Below, piece after piece: positions 36,170-47,666 of a stretch of DNA of 64,000 nt (position 1 is the stretch's first letter; every line of letters begins with the position of its first letter). A model generated the notes under the pieces. The model saw only the letters and a list, made by a program, of their open reading frames with translations, did not search any database and had not been told where the DNA came from. The position numbers and the translations under genes were made by a program. This DNA comes from Mobula hypostoma (lineage: Eukaryota). Location of the stretch: assembly GCF_963921235.1 (NCBI RefSeq), contig NC_086097.1:95544001-95608000 (forward strand). The letters run 5' to 3'.

Positions 36170-37059
36170 GGTTATAAGGACAGAGTGGAGAGACTGGGAC
36201 CTGGGTCTTAAGGTGGCTTCACCAGGCCCTCATACCTGTTACAACTACCCAGGTGAGGTGCCAGAAGCAATGTGAGGGACTGGGCTGGATTCCATGCTAG
36301 ATCCCTGCAGGTCAGCTGTCCCAGCAATAATGCTCTCCAGTGTTCACTCCCTGAAAAACAAACTGGATTACCTTTGTCTGGCGAGATGAGGAACTGCAGC
36401 ATGTTTTTTTTTCTTACAGAATCATGAATTCAGGACCATTAACCTTCAGGCCATACTACTCAGGGACTTGTGCTAATATTATTTTGTGACTGCATTCTGC
36501 TTCATCATAACTATCTGTGCTGTGTGTGAATGTATGGACTGTGTTTTGCACCTTGGCCCCAGAGGAACAGTGTTTCGTTTAGCTCTATACATGTGTATAA
36601 TTCAATGACAATAAAGTTCATTGGCCAGAAAGAACGACAATCTACAAATCAGTGAATTTGAATGAATCTAGGACAGAGGAAGCAAGTAGCCTTTGTTCTT
36701 GCCCTGTGCTTGAGGATGGAGGCTGCTATTTTGTGAAGGCACTCTGTTCTCCATTTTGTGAGCTTGACATGCTGGGTTTGATCAATGTTTTAAAGAAGAC
36801 ACAATGATACTTAAGGTAATTTGCTGGAAAGATCATTTCCAAGTAGGAGGTTATTTGTGAGATGTTCTTTGGTTGGCTATAATACACAGGTTTGTGAATG
36901 TTGGGATTGGCGCCTGCCTGGAGTGATTCTAGTTCGTTGCTGATTGAGAACAAAGAGCCATAAATTATCGACTGTCACTTGATGGGAAGAGGGCAATAAG
37001 TGGATGCTGGCTTGGAGCAGAGCCAAAAACAAGGTGTTAAAGGACAGACACATGACCTG

Positions 37060-37115
37060 TGGCCAATGACACTGGAATGCAATATTTGAATTGATAAGGG
37101 ACTGGTTATAAAAGT
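37060..37115 (+). promoter_or_regulatory. Candidate TATA promoter
   Basis: CCAAT at 37063, TGATAA at 37092 and TATAAAAG at 37107, in non-repeat sequence. Confidence 0.35.
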
Positions 37116-37174
37116 GGATGCTTAGTGTGTGCTGGCAGCAGTAACCTCGAAGAATAGCCATCACAGATAAAAGC

Positions 37175-37255
37175 ATGAAGGACCCTGCATGGAACACACG
37201 GAGAGTAAATCGGGTCTCCGTGGAACACCTGGCTGGCGTAGACTCCTTTGGCCAG
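37175..37255 (+). CDS. Candidate first coding exon, product unknown (MKDPAWNTRRVNRVSVEHLAGVDSFGQ)
   Basis: AGCATG 68 nt after the TATA box, 27 codons, phase-0 donor CAG|gtaata. No homology recognised. Confidence 0.25.
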
Positions 37256-38569
37256 GTAATACCTTTGCTATTCTTTGACAGTTCAGGAGAGTCAGGGATA
37301 TTTAGCAGGTGTGTACACAAGGTATTTAGTGTATGAGTTCACGTACTTGTTAGTGTAAACAATAAAGGTACTTGTCGATAAATACAGATTTCTCTGTGCC
37401 TCACTGATCATTGTTACAAGGGGCGATTCTTACAGCAACTTGGACTTGCAATAGACTTGTTGACAACGATAGATGGAATGTCAGAGAGGGCAGGCACAGA
37501 TGGGGAGATTGGGAAGGAAGGGTTGCAGAGTGGAGAGATGGTATCAGAGAGAGGGAAGTGAAGCAATTTATGAAAGAGGGATTGTTTTCCACAAGGTTGC
37601 AAGCCCTGCCCACAAGATGTTCCTTGGGTGGGATCTGAATTTAGAACCTTGACTCAGAAGCGAGACTCTACTTTGTTCATAGTCTTTGGCAGTCACCGGA
37701 AATGGCAGCATAGATTCTCCTGAATGTCCCTGAACAGGTCAGCTAGAGTTAACCAAAGTTTTATAGTTATCATTACAGACACCATCTTTTTATTTTAAAT
37801 TGCAAATTTGTTTGATTTTTTGAAGTTGCCCAGTTGCCATGGTTGATTTGAACTTTAGCACCCAGTTTAATGGTCCCATATGCTACCCAATCCAAGTCAC
37901 TATTCCATGGCCAGGTTGTGAACATAGGAATTGGGGTTGATGCACAATAAGTTCATGCTTACCTGTTTAGTATCTCATCATGGTGGGTCCTGCTACTGTA
38001 ATCTATGGAGCAGATTCAGCGGTCATTCTTTTCAGACATGCCCATGTTCAACAGGACTTCATGGCAGCAGGATTAAAATCATGGGGCAAGGGTCAGTGTT
38101 GTTAGGCCTTACCATCACCAAAGCATTCCTCCAAAATGCACATATGCCTAGTTTCTCAATATTCTGTATTTGAGAAAACTTTTTTGAGAGGAATTCCCAG
38201 AAGTGATTCGAGTAAGGAATATCCCTAGAGCAGTGCTCAAGTAGATTTTCTGCCTACTATTAAGGCCTGTTGTCCTCATCAAGACACGTGCTACATCCCT
38301 GTTGTCTATACACATTCTGACACTGGAGGAATGGTGCTGGTGTCACTGGTATGTGGCCAATGAATCCCATGTATGCAAGTTCAGTTTCATAATGGTCATG
38401 CTTAGAAATACACGATCAATTTTACATTTCCATTCAATTTCTAGATACATTAGGAACCCACATTTCACAACTGAATTAGCCCATTATTTCTCTAGTGATC
38501 CAAAAGGAAACAGGGAAAAACAAAATATTCTCTCTGGAAAAAAAAATAACTTGCATTTATATAGCACCA

Positions 38570-39030
38570 CGATGTCAGAGCCTCTTTCAAGAGGGTGGCC
38601 CCCTGCAAAGTGCCAGGCCTTGATGGTGTACCTGGTAGGGCTCTGAAAACCTGTGCCAACCAGCTGGCAGGAGTGTTCAAGGGCTTCTTCAATCTCTCAG
38701 TGCTGCAGGCGGAGGTTCCCATCTGCTTTAAAAGGGCGACAATCATACCAGCGGCCAAGACAAGCAGGGTGAGTTGCCTCAGTGTCACCCAGTGGCACTC
38801 ACCTTGACTGTGCTGAAGTGCCTTGAGAAGTTGGTCATGGCCAGAATCAACTCCTGCCTAAGCAGGGACCTGAGCCTGCTGCATTTTGCCTGTTGCTACC
38901 ATAGGTCTACAGCGGATGCAATCTCACTGGCTCTCCGCTCGGCCTTGGATAACCTGGACAATAATAATACCTACGTAAGGCTGCTTTCTATTGATTACAC
39001 CTCAGCGTTCAACACAATCATGCCCTCAAT
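38570..39030 (+). mobile_element. Rex1/Babar-type LINE RT fragment
   Basis: GLDGVPGRALKTCANQLAGVF, PVALT, SIDYTSAFNTI. Confidence 0.8.
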
Positions 39031-39049
39031 TCTAATTTTGACAAGTATC

Positions 39050-39490
39050 AATCAAACCATAGTATAGAAACTGCTTTGCTTAAAGTCGTTAATGACTCAT
39101 GGTTTAATGCCACTGCAGGTAACATATCAATGCCTGTTCTCAGATTGGAACACAGCATTTGATACTGTAGATCATTGCATTCTCATAAACCCCCTCAGTC
39201 AATGTGTAGGTCTTTCTGGTACTGCCTTAAGCTGGTTTCAGTCTTGTGTAACACAAAGAAAATTATTTGTTAGCTGTGGTGATTGAACACTTGAAATCCA
39301 TGATATTGTGTTTGGTGTGCCACAAGGGTCAATTTTAGGCCCGTTGTCTTTCTCAGTCTACAGGCCGCCATTAGGTCAGCTTATTTGAAAACACAAGGTG
39401 AATTATCACATCTGGGCAGATGACACACAGCTGTATTTGTCTATTACACCAGAGGCTCTAAACCCTCTGTCTGGTGTCTTACTAACATTA
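39050..39490 (+). mobile_element. L2-type LINE RT fragment
   Basis: ETALLKVVND, AFDTVDH, GLSGTALSWF, GVPQGSILGP, ADDTQLYLS. Confidence 0.75.
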
Positions 39491-39499
39491 CAGAATTTC

Positions 39500-40410
39500 T
39501 CACTCTTTAGAAAATAGTTCTACTATTTGAATTAATTCCTTCAGCTTTACTGATGAAGGTGACTATAATTTCAAGTTGTCCTTGTACAGAATGTGTGCAA
39601 AGATAGAATTAACTTTTGGTTCTCTCTCTCTGATATAATACCCTATTTTCATCCAGTTCAGTAAATTAGAGAGCAGTTTTAAAGCTAGACAAAACCATAG
39701 TGAGCTTAGGGAGATACCCTGGGAAATCCCCCCGTTTATTTTGATAACAGTAGTTTTTCTTTTCTCGTTGCTAATGGACAGATTCATTACAGGAATTTCA
39801 CAAGTATTGGGTATAGTTTATATATTCTAAAAGTATCTATTAACCATGAGCGTGGGACAGAATTAAATGCCTTTGCTAGTCGATACAACAACATGAAATA
39901 TATCTGCCTTCTGCCGGGCTTGACTTAGAATACAGAATCTATTATCAGTTGTTTTTATGGCATCCATTTTGCTCTTCTGTAAGTAAATTGCGGTTATCTA
40001 AGTGAATGGTGATACATTGCAAGATGCATGATGTTACAATTTTATAATTAATGCTAGGATGATATTTTGATGGTTCACTTCTAATTTCTCTTTTAGGTAA
40101 GAGATATGTTATTGTTATTGTAAAAATTATTGTTATGATTTATTTTTTAATTTTTTTATTTTCTCAGCTCAAGCTGGAAAAGCCTGAGGTACAGACATAG
40201 CCAAGAACACTCATTTCTGAATTGCTGGGAAATTTCAGACTATTCTAGTGATGTTTGGTATTGTGGCTTTCTGAAGATTTAGCTCTGTAGCCCTAATTGT
40301 TTGATGCTATTGTATAATGACTTTTGGATGATGCCAGTTGTAGTTATTACTATTGGGACATTGCATACCCTGTTCATGTTCCATAGTCTTTCAATTTCTT
40401 CTCTTAATGA
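39500..40410 (-). mobile_element. R4/Dong-type non-LTR fragments (RT piece and a 3' end)
   Basis: GISQGISLSSLWFCLAL, HILYKDNLKL; 3' end CCAGCTTGAGCTGAGAAAA next to a TAA-rich run. Confidence 0.7.
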
Positions 40411-40543
40411 CACAACCATGGCTACCAAGAGAAGTCAAAGCCAACATAAAAGACAAAGAGAGGGCATATAATAGAGCAAAAATGAGTGAGAAGTTAGAGG
40501 ATTGGGAAGCTTTTAAAAGCCATCAGAAGGCAACTAAAACTGT

Positions 40544-42002
40544 ACTGCTGGTACAGTTCTGGTACTGCTCCCCAACTTTTCCTTCACTACATTAATGACT
40601 ACATCGGTGCTGCTTCCTGCACCCATGCTGAGCTCGTCAATTTCATCGACTTTACTTCAAACTTCCACCCAGCCCTCAAATTCACTTGGTCTATCTCGGA
40701 CACTTCTCTCCCCTTTCTCGATCTCTCGGTCTCCATCTCTGGAGACAGACCGACCACTGACATTTCTACAAGCCCACTGACTCTCATAACTACCTCGACT
40801 ATACCTCTTCCCACCCTGCCACATGCAAAAATGCCATTCCCTATTCCCAGTTCCTCCGACTCCACCGCATCTGCTCCCAGGATGAGGCTTTCTGTTCCAG
40901 GACATCTCAAATGTCTTCTTTCTTTAAAGATCGTGGCTTCCCTTCTGCCGTCATCAATGATGCCCTCACCCGCATCTCCTCTATTTCCCGCACTTCGGCC
41001 CTCACCCCATCCTCCCGTCACCACAACAGGGACAAAGTTCCCCTTGTCCTCACCTACCACCCCACCAGCCTCCGGATCCAGCACATTTATCCTCCGCAAC
41101 TTCCACCACCTTCAACAGGACCCCACCACTAAGCACATCTTTCCCTCTCCACCCCTCTCAGCTTTCCGCAAGGATCGGTCCCTCCGTGACTCCCTGATCC
41201 ACATGTCCCTCCCCACGGATCTCCCACCTGGCACTTATCCCTGTAAGCGTAAGTGCTACACCTGTCCCTACACCTCCTCTCTCACCACTATTCAGGGCCC
41301 CAAACAGACGTTCCAGGTGAGGCAACACTTCACTTGTGAGTCTGTTGGGGTCATCTATTGCATCCGGTGCTCCCGGTGCAGCCTCCTCTACATCGGTGAA
41401 ACCCGACGCAGATTGGGGGATCGCGTCGTCGAGCACCTCTGTTCCGTCCACCACAACAGACAGGATCTTCCGGTTGCCACCCACTTCAACTCTGCTTCAC
41501 ATTCCCATTCAGATATGTCCATACATGGCCTCCTCTACTGCTATGATGAGGCCAAACTCAGGTTGGAGGAGCAACACCTCAAATACTGTCTAGGTAGTCT
41601 CCAGCCCCTTGGTATGAACATAGTATTCTCCAACTTCCGGTAATTCCCTCCCCCTCCCTTCCCCTATCCCTATTTCACTCTGCCCCCTCCCCCAGCTGCC
41701 TATCACCTCTCTCATGGTTCCGCCTCCTTCTACTACCCATTGTGTTTTCCCCTATTCCTTCTTCACCTTTCCTGCCCATCACCTCCCTGCCTCCCCTCCC
41801 CCACCCCTTTATCTTTCCCCTTACTGGTTTTTCACCTGGCACCTACCAGCCTTCTCCTTCCCACACTCCCCTCACCTTCTTTATAGGGCCTCTGCCCCCT
41901 CCCTCTTCAGTCCTGATGAAGGGTTCCGGCCCGAAACGTTGACTGATTGTTTCCACGGATGTTGCCGGACCTGCTGAGTTCCTCCAGCGTGTTGTGAGTG
42001 TT
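40544..42002 (+). mobile_element. 5'-truncated Penelope-like element (second subfamily)
   Basis: RT thumb region, CKRKCYTC linker, GVIYCIRCSRCSLLYIGET; 12-bp TSD AACTAAAACTGT (40532-40543, 42003-42014). Confidence 0.92.
41909..41944 (+). ncRNA. Minimal hammerhead ribozyme motif, intact core, GUU cleavage triplet
   Basis: AGTC CTGATGA AGGGTTCCGGCCC GAAAC GTT GACT. Confidence 0.7.
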
Positions 42003-43259
42003 AACTAAAACTGTCATTAAGAAGGAAAAGATGGAATATGAAGGTAAGCTAGGTAATAATATTAAAGAGGATACCGAAAGTTTTTTTAGATACATAAAGA
42101 GTCAAAGAGAGGTGAGAGGGGATAGCAGACCCCTGGAAAACAACGCTGTAGAGGTAGTAATGAGTGAAAAGGAAATGTTGCATCCGTCTTCACTATGGAA
42201 GCAGTATAGTGGAAGTTTCAGAATGTCAGGGGTCAGTGTGTGTTTGCCATTACTAGAGAGAATGTTCTTGGAAACTGAAAGGTCTGAAGGTAAATAAGTT
42301 ACCTGGACCAGATGTGGTACATATCAGGGTTCTAAAAGAGGTGGCTGAAGAGATTGTGGAAGCATTAGTAATGATCTTTCAAGAATCTTTCTAGATTCCG
42401 GAAGGGTTCTAGAAGACTGGAAAATTGCAAATGTCACTCCACTCTTCAAGAAGGGAGAAAGGCAGAAGAAAAGCAACTATAGGCTTGTTAGTCTGACCTC
42501 AGTGGTTGGGAAGCTGTTGGAGTCGATTGTTAAGGATGTGGTTTCAGGGTTCTTAGAGGCAGATGATAAAATAGGCCATAGTCAGCGAGGTTTCATCTAG
42601 GGAAAGTCTTGCCTGACAAATCTGTTGGATTTTTTGAAGAAATAACAAGCAGGATAAACAAAGGAGAATTAGTTGATATTGTGTACTGAGATTTTCAGAA
42701 TGCCTTTGACAAGGTGCCACACATAAGGTGCTTAACAGGTTAAGAGCCCATGGTATCACAGGAAAAATTCTAGCATGGATAAAGCAGTGGCTGATTGACA
42801 GGAGGCAAAGAGTGGGAATAAAAGGAACCTTATCTGGTTGGCTGCCGGTGACTAATGGTGTTCCACAGTAGTCTGTATTGGGGCCACTTATTTTACATTA
42901 TATGTCAATGACTTGGATAACAGAATTGATGGCTTTGTTGCAAAGTTTGCAGATGATAAGAAGATAGATGGAGAGGCAGATTGTTTCAAGGAAGTAGAGA
43001 GGCCACAGGATTGAGACAGATTAGGAAAATGGGTAAAGAAGTGGCAGATGGAATACAGTGCCGTGAAGTGTATGGTCATGTACTTAGGCAGAAGAAATAA
43101 AAGGGTAAACTATTTTGTAAATGGAGAGAAAATTCAAAAATCTGAGGCACAAAGGGACTTTGGAGTCCTTGTGCTGGATTTCCTAAAGGTTAATTTGCAG
43201 GTTGAGCCAGTGGTGAGGAGGCCAATGACCTAATTCTTCTCCTATGTCTTATGGTCTTA

Positions 43260-44270
43260 ATACAACATATTTCTGCTTATTAATTCCTGTTTACGTGTTT
43301 GGAATGGTTATATCTATTAAGTAAGTTGTTCTTGGTTGTTTATCCTGTACTGTTATATCTGGACAATTATTATGGATTGTCCTATCTGGAACAATAATCA
43401 GTGATATAATTTGTAGGACTCTGACTCTAAAACTGGTTCTGTTATTATTATAAAATTGTAAAAACATTTTTTCTCAACTCAAGCTGGTAAAACCTGAGGT
43501 ATGGGTATAACCAAGCATGATTATTTGTCAACTTTTGGACTATTCTAGTGGTGTTTAGTATTCTGGCTTTCTTTTTTTATTATTATTATTTCTTTATTGC
43601 AAAGTATTGTGGCTTTCTGAAGATTTACGTAGATATTACAGTGTAGCCCTAATTATTTAATGCGATTATGTAGTGACTTTGGAATGACACCAGTTGTAGA
43701 TATTACTATCGGGACAATGTATACCTTGTTCATGTTCCAAAGTCTTTCAATGTTCTCTTTTAATTCAGCATATTTCTGGTGTTTTTCACTTATTGATTTC
43801 TGTAGGTTATATGTGTTTGGAATGGCTATCTCAATTAAATAGGACCTAATTCTTGCTTGTTTACCTTGTATCATTTAAGACCATAAGACGAGGAGCAGAA
43901 TTAGGCTATTTGGCCCATCTAGTCTGCTCCGCTATTCAATCATAGCTGATCCCTTTTTTTTCTCTCCTCCTCGACCCCAGTTCCCGGCCTTCTCCCGGTA
44001 ACCTTTGATGCCATGTCCAATCAAGAACCTATCAATCTCTGCCTTAAATACACCCATTGACCTGGCCTCCACAGCTGCATGTGGCAACAAATTCCACAAA
44101 TTCACCACGCTCTGGCTAAAGAAATTTCTCCACATCTCTGTTTTGAACATGAGGTTAATAACCATAATATATGATTTATTTTATGAGTTTGTATTGCAAA
44201 ACAAGATTTTGGTGATTGATGGTTGTCACTTGATTGTGCCTGTGTAAATAATCATTGTGTTAACCCTCTA
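43260..44270 (-). mobile_element. Tandem R4/Dong 3' fragments with a CR1 3' piece inserted at about 43880-44150
   Basis: Restriction-like endonuclease motifs NCPDI, IEIAIP, EKHQKYAEL, PIVISTTG. Confidence 0.75.
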
Positions 44271-44273
44271 CAG

Positions 44274-44385
44274 GATCATCCTCATCATCCTCATCATCAT
44301 CCCCCTTCCCCTCCTCCTCATCCTCATCATCATCCTCATCCACATCGTCACTATCATTACTATTATTATATTTTTATTTATATTT
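44274..44385. repeat. (CAT/CCT)n grading into (TAT)n microsatellite
   Basis: Seen directly; abuts a Dong-type 3' end. Confidence 0.9.
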
Positions 44386-44837
44386 TTCTCAGCTCAAGCT
44401 GGTAAAACCCAAGGTGCGGACATAGCACACTCATTTCTCAACTGTTAGGAACTTCCACACTATTCTAGTGGTGTTTATTATTGTGGCTTTCTGAAAGTTT
44501 ACATAGATATTACTGTGCAGTCCTAATTGTTTAATGCTATTGTGTAGTGCCTTTGGGATGACACCAGTTGTCGATATTACTATCGGGACAATGTATATAC
44601 CCTGTTCATGTTCTAAAGTCTTTCAATTTCCTCTCTTAATTCAGCATATTTCTGGTGTTTTTCACTTATTGGTTTCTGTAAGTTATGTGTGTTTGGAATG
44701 GCTATATCTATCAAATAAGTCGTTCTTGCTTGTTTATCCTGTATTATTATATCCAAGTGGTTGTTATGGATTGTCCTATGAATGATGATATAATTTGTGA
44801 TATTCTGACTCTTAAACTGGATCAGGCTTGTATTTGC

Positions 44838-46100
44838 CTATCAATTTGCCTATCACACCAACAGCTCAACAGAGGACGCCATCTCCACGGCACTTCACTC
44901 TGCCCTGACCCACCTGGACAGCCCCAACTCTTACGTCAAAATGCTGTTCATTGACTTCAGTTCGGCATTCAATACTGTGATCCTCTCCAAGCTGATCGCC
45001 AAACTTTGCCAGCTTGGTATCAGCTCATCCCTCTGCAATTGGACTTTGGACTTTCTGACTAACAGACCCCAATCTATTAAGTTAGACAACCTCTCCTCCT
45101 CCACTCTCACCCTGAACAACAGCGTGCCTCAAGGCTGTGTGCTGAGCCCTTTTCTGTACTCCCTTTTCACCTATGACTGCGTTCCTGTGCATGGTTCTAA
45201 TTCCATAATCAAGTTCGCAGACAACACCACGGTGGTTGGTCTGATCAGAGGGGATGACGAGATGGCCTACAGGGACGAGGTCCAGCACCTGACCACGTGG
45301 TGTGCCGACAACAACCTGGCCCTTAACACCCAGAAGACCAAGGAGATCATTGTGGACTTCAGGCATGCTAGGAGCCACACTCACGTCCCCAGCTACATCA
45401 ACGGAGCTGTAGTGGAGTGCGTATCAAGCTTCAAATTCCATGGTGTCCACATTTCCAAGGATCTCACCTGGTCCCTGAACTCCTCCATCCTGATCAAAAA
45501 GGTGCAATAGTGCCTTTATTTCCTGCGGAGCATCAAGAAAGCTCACCTCTGTCCCAGGATACTGATGGACTTTTACTGCTGTACCATTGAGAGCATACTC
45601 ACCGACTGTATCTCAGAGTGGTATGGCAATTGTCCCGTATCGGACCGCAAAGCACTCCAGCGTGTGGTGAAAACTGCCCAACAGATTATCAGCACCCAGT
45701 TGCCCACCATTGAGAACATCTACCATAAATGCTGCCTGGGCAGGGCGAAAAGCATTATCAAGGATGCATCTCACCCTAACCATGGACTTTTTACTCTCCT
45801 TCCATCCGGTAGGCACTACAGGAGCTTCCGCTCTTGCACCAGCAGGGTCAGGAAGAGCTTCCTGACCCTGCTGAACCTCACATCACAGCGCTAAAAGTAT
45901 TGCACCCATATTGTACTGTCTCAGAACTTTTATATTTGTGTGCTGTAGCACTTACTTTTTATTCACAGTTATTTTGTAAATAACACTATGCTTTGCATTT
46001 CTGGTCAGATGCTAACTGCATTTCATTGGCTTTGTATCTGTACTCGGCCCAATGACAATAAAGTTGAATCTAATCTAATCTAATCTAATTTAATCCAATC
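44838..46100 (+). mobile_element. Rex1/Babar-type LINE, 5'-truncated, relatively well preserved
   Basis: ORF 44941-45510 [12 protein letters not shown]...VPQGCVLSP...KFADNTT continues in 45565-45894; AATAAA then (AATCT)n tail. Confidence 0.9.
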
Positions 46101-46893
46101 TATTTATAGTAAGGTGTGATTTCATTTCCGAGTTTGTATTTTAAAGCAAGATTTTGATGAATGATGTTTGCCACTTGATTGTGTCTATGTAAGTAATCAT
46201 AGAGACATAGAAAACATACAGCACAATACAAGCCCTTCAGCCCACAAAGTTGTGCCAAAGATTGAGTTAAACTGCCACAGGATCCTGTAATGTGTTGGAT
46301 TGTTTCTGTTTTTTCTTAGCATTTTCCACATTTATTATCTTGAATTTGTTAATCTTTTATTATGTATTTTTGATAATTATTTGTGTTAACTACCCGGTCC
46401 TGTAACGCCACAAGGAACCCTTCTGTTTCTGGGAAAAGGTCTCTAACTCTGAGCTAGGTGTTTGATGGTTCCTTGTCGATATCTAGTCTGCTCAGATCGT
46501 AGGGATGTCTTCCATGGAGGATCATGCTCTTCCACTAGTTAACTTTATCTTCAATAGTGATAATGTCTTCATTTTTCTGGGTTGGTTCTCATTTAGGTTT
46601 AGTGGTGTATACTTCTTATCGGAATTGCCTATGTTTGTGTGGAGTGCTGATTCCTGTTTTTTTTTGATGAAAGTATATCCTTAGAAGTTTTATCTGAGTG
46701 TTGTGCAGATTTTTAATGCCTGTTATTAATCTTCCCCCTTCAGTCCTTGGTAATGTTAAACTAAGCACATTCAATGGGACATAATGTTTTCTGAAATTTG
46801 TTATTTCAGTTCTTATTTTTCTTTGTAAATTTTCCTGATCAATTTTAGACCAAGATATTATGCCAAATGAATATATTAATATAGTGTCTATTG

Positions 46894-47095
46894 CAACACA
46901 CACAAAAGTGCTGGAGGAACTCAGCAGACCAGGCAGCATCTATGGAAAAGAGCATAGTCGACGTTTCAGGCCAAAACCCTTTGGCAGGACACCCACTCTT
47001 TTCCATAAATGCTGCCTGGCCTGCTGAGTTCCTCCAGCATTTTGTGTGTGTTGCTTGGATTTCCAGCGTCTGCAGATTTTCTCTTGTTTGTGAAA
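46894..47095. mobile_element. Inverted-repeat Penelope pLTR mini-insertion
   Basis: About 50-bp arms CAACACACACAAAA.TGCTGGAGGAACTCAGCAG..CAGGCAGCAT; degenerate hammerhead at 46956-46990; TSD AGTGT(C/T)TATTG. Confidence 0.8.
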
Positions 47096-47324
47096 AGTGT
47101 TTATTGTCGTTGTCATATTTTTACTGTTGAGCTCTGTTTGGCAGAGTTTCTTAAGACTTAAAGTAAATTCTGTCAAAACCTTTTCCTTTATCACACTCTG
47201 ATCTATTTTCTTTCCTCATTGATATCCCAGATATTTACATGTTTCATATTCATCCATCAGTTGTTGTCATGGTCTGGTCCGTGAAGTCCGCATTCCGGTT
47301 CACAGTCTGGTCCATGGACTCAAG

Positions 47325-47365
47325 ACAGAGAGAGAGGGAGAGAGATGGAGAGAGGGAGAGGGAGA

Positions 47366-47429
<64 letters not shown>
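47325..47429. repeat. (GA)n microsatellite
   Basis: Seen directly. Confidence 0.95.
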
Positions 47430-47432
<3 letters not shown>

Positions 47433-47608
47433 ATTAAGGGGAGTTGGGGATGCAGGAATTCACATTAAAAGGGTTGCTGGGCATGGGTGAGAGAGCACAA
47501 GTCTGGGTATTTTTAGTGTTTTTAAGGGGTACAGGGGTTTTTTATAGAATATGATGAATAAACAGGAATAGGATACTAGGATGGTCAAAGATGGGAGGGT
47601 GAAGTGTA

Positions 47609-47612
<4 letters not shown>

Positions 47613-47652
<40 letters not shown>

Positions 47653-47666
47653 CGCGCGCGCGTGCG
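47613..47666. repeat. (TG)n(CG)n compound microsatellite
   Basis: Uninterrupted purine-pyrimidine alternation, seen directly. Confidence 0.95.

Larger units (their letters stand above)
40410..43230 (+). mobile_element. CR1 LINE ORF2 fragment interrupted by a Penelope-like element
   Basis: QPWLPREVK, DWKIANVTPLFKKG, NYRLVSLTS, KFADDKK. Confidence 0.85.
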
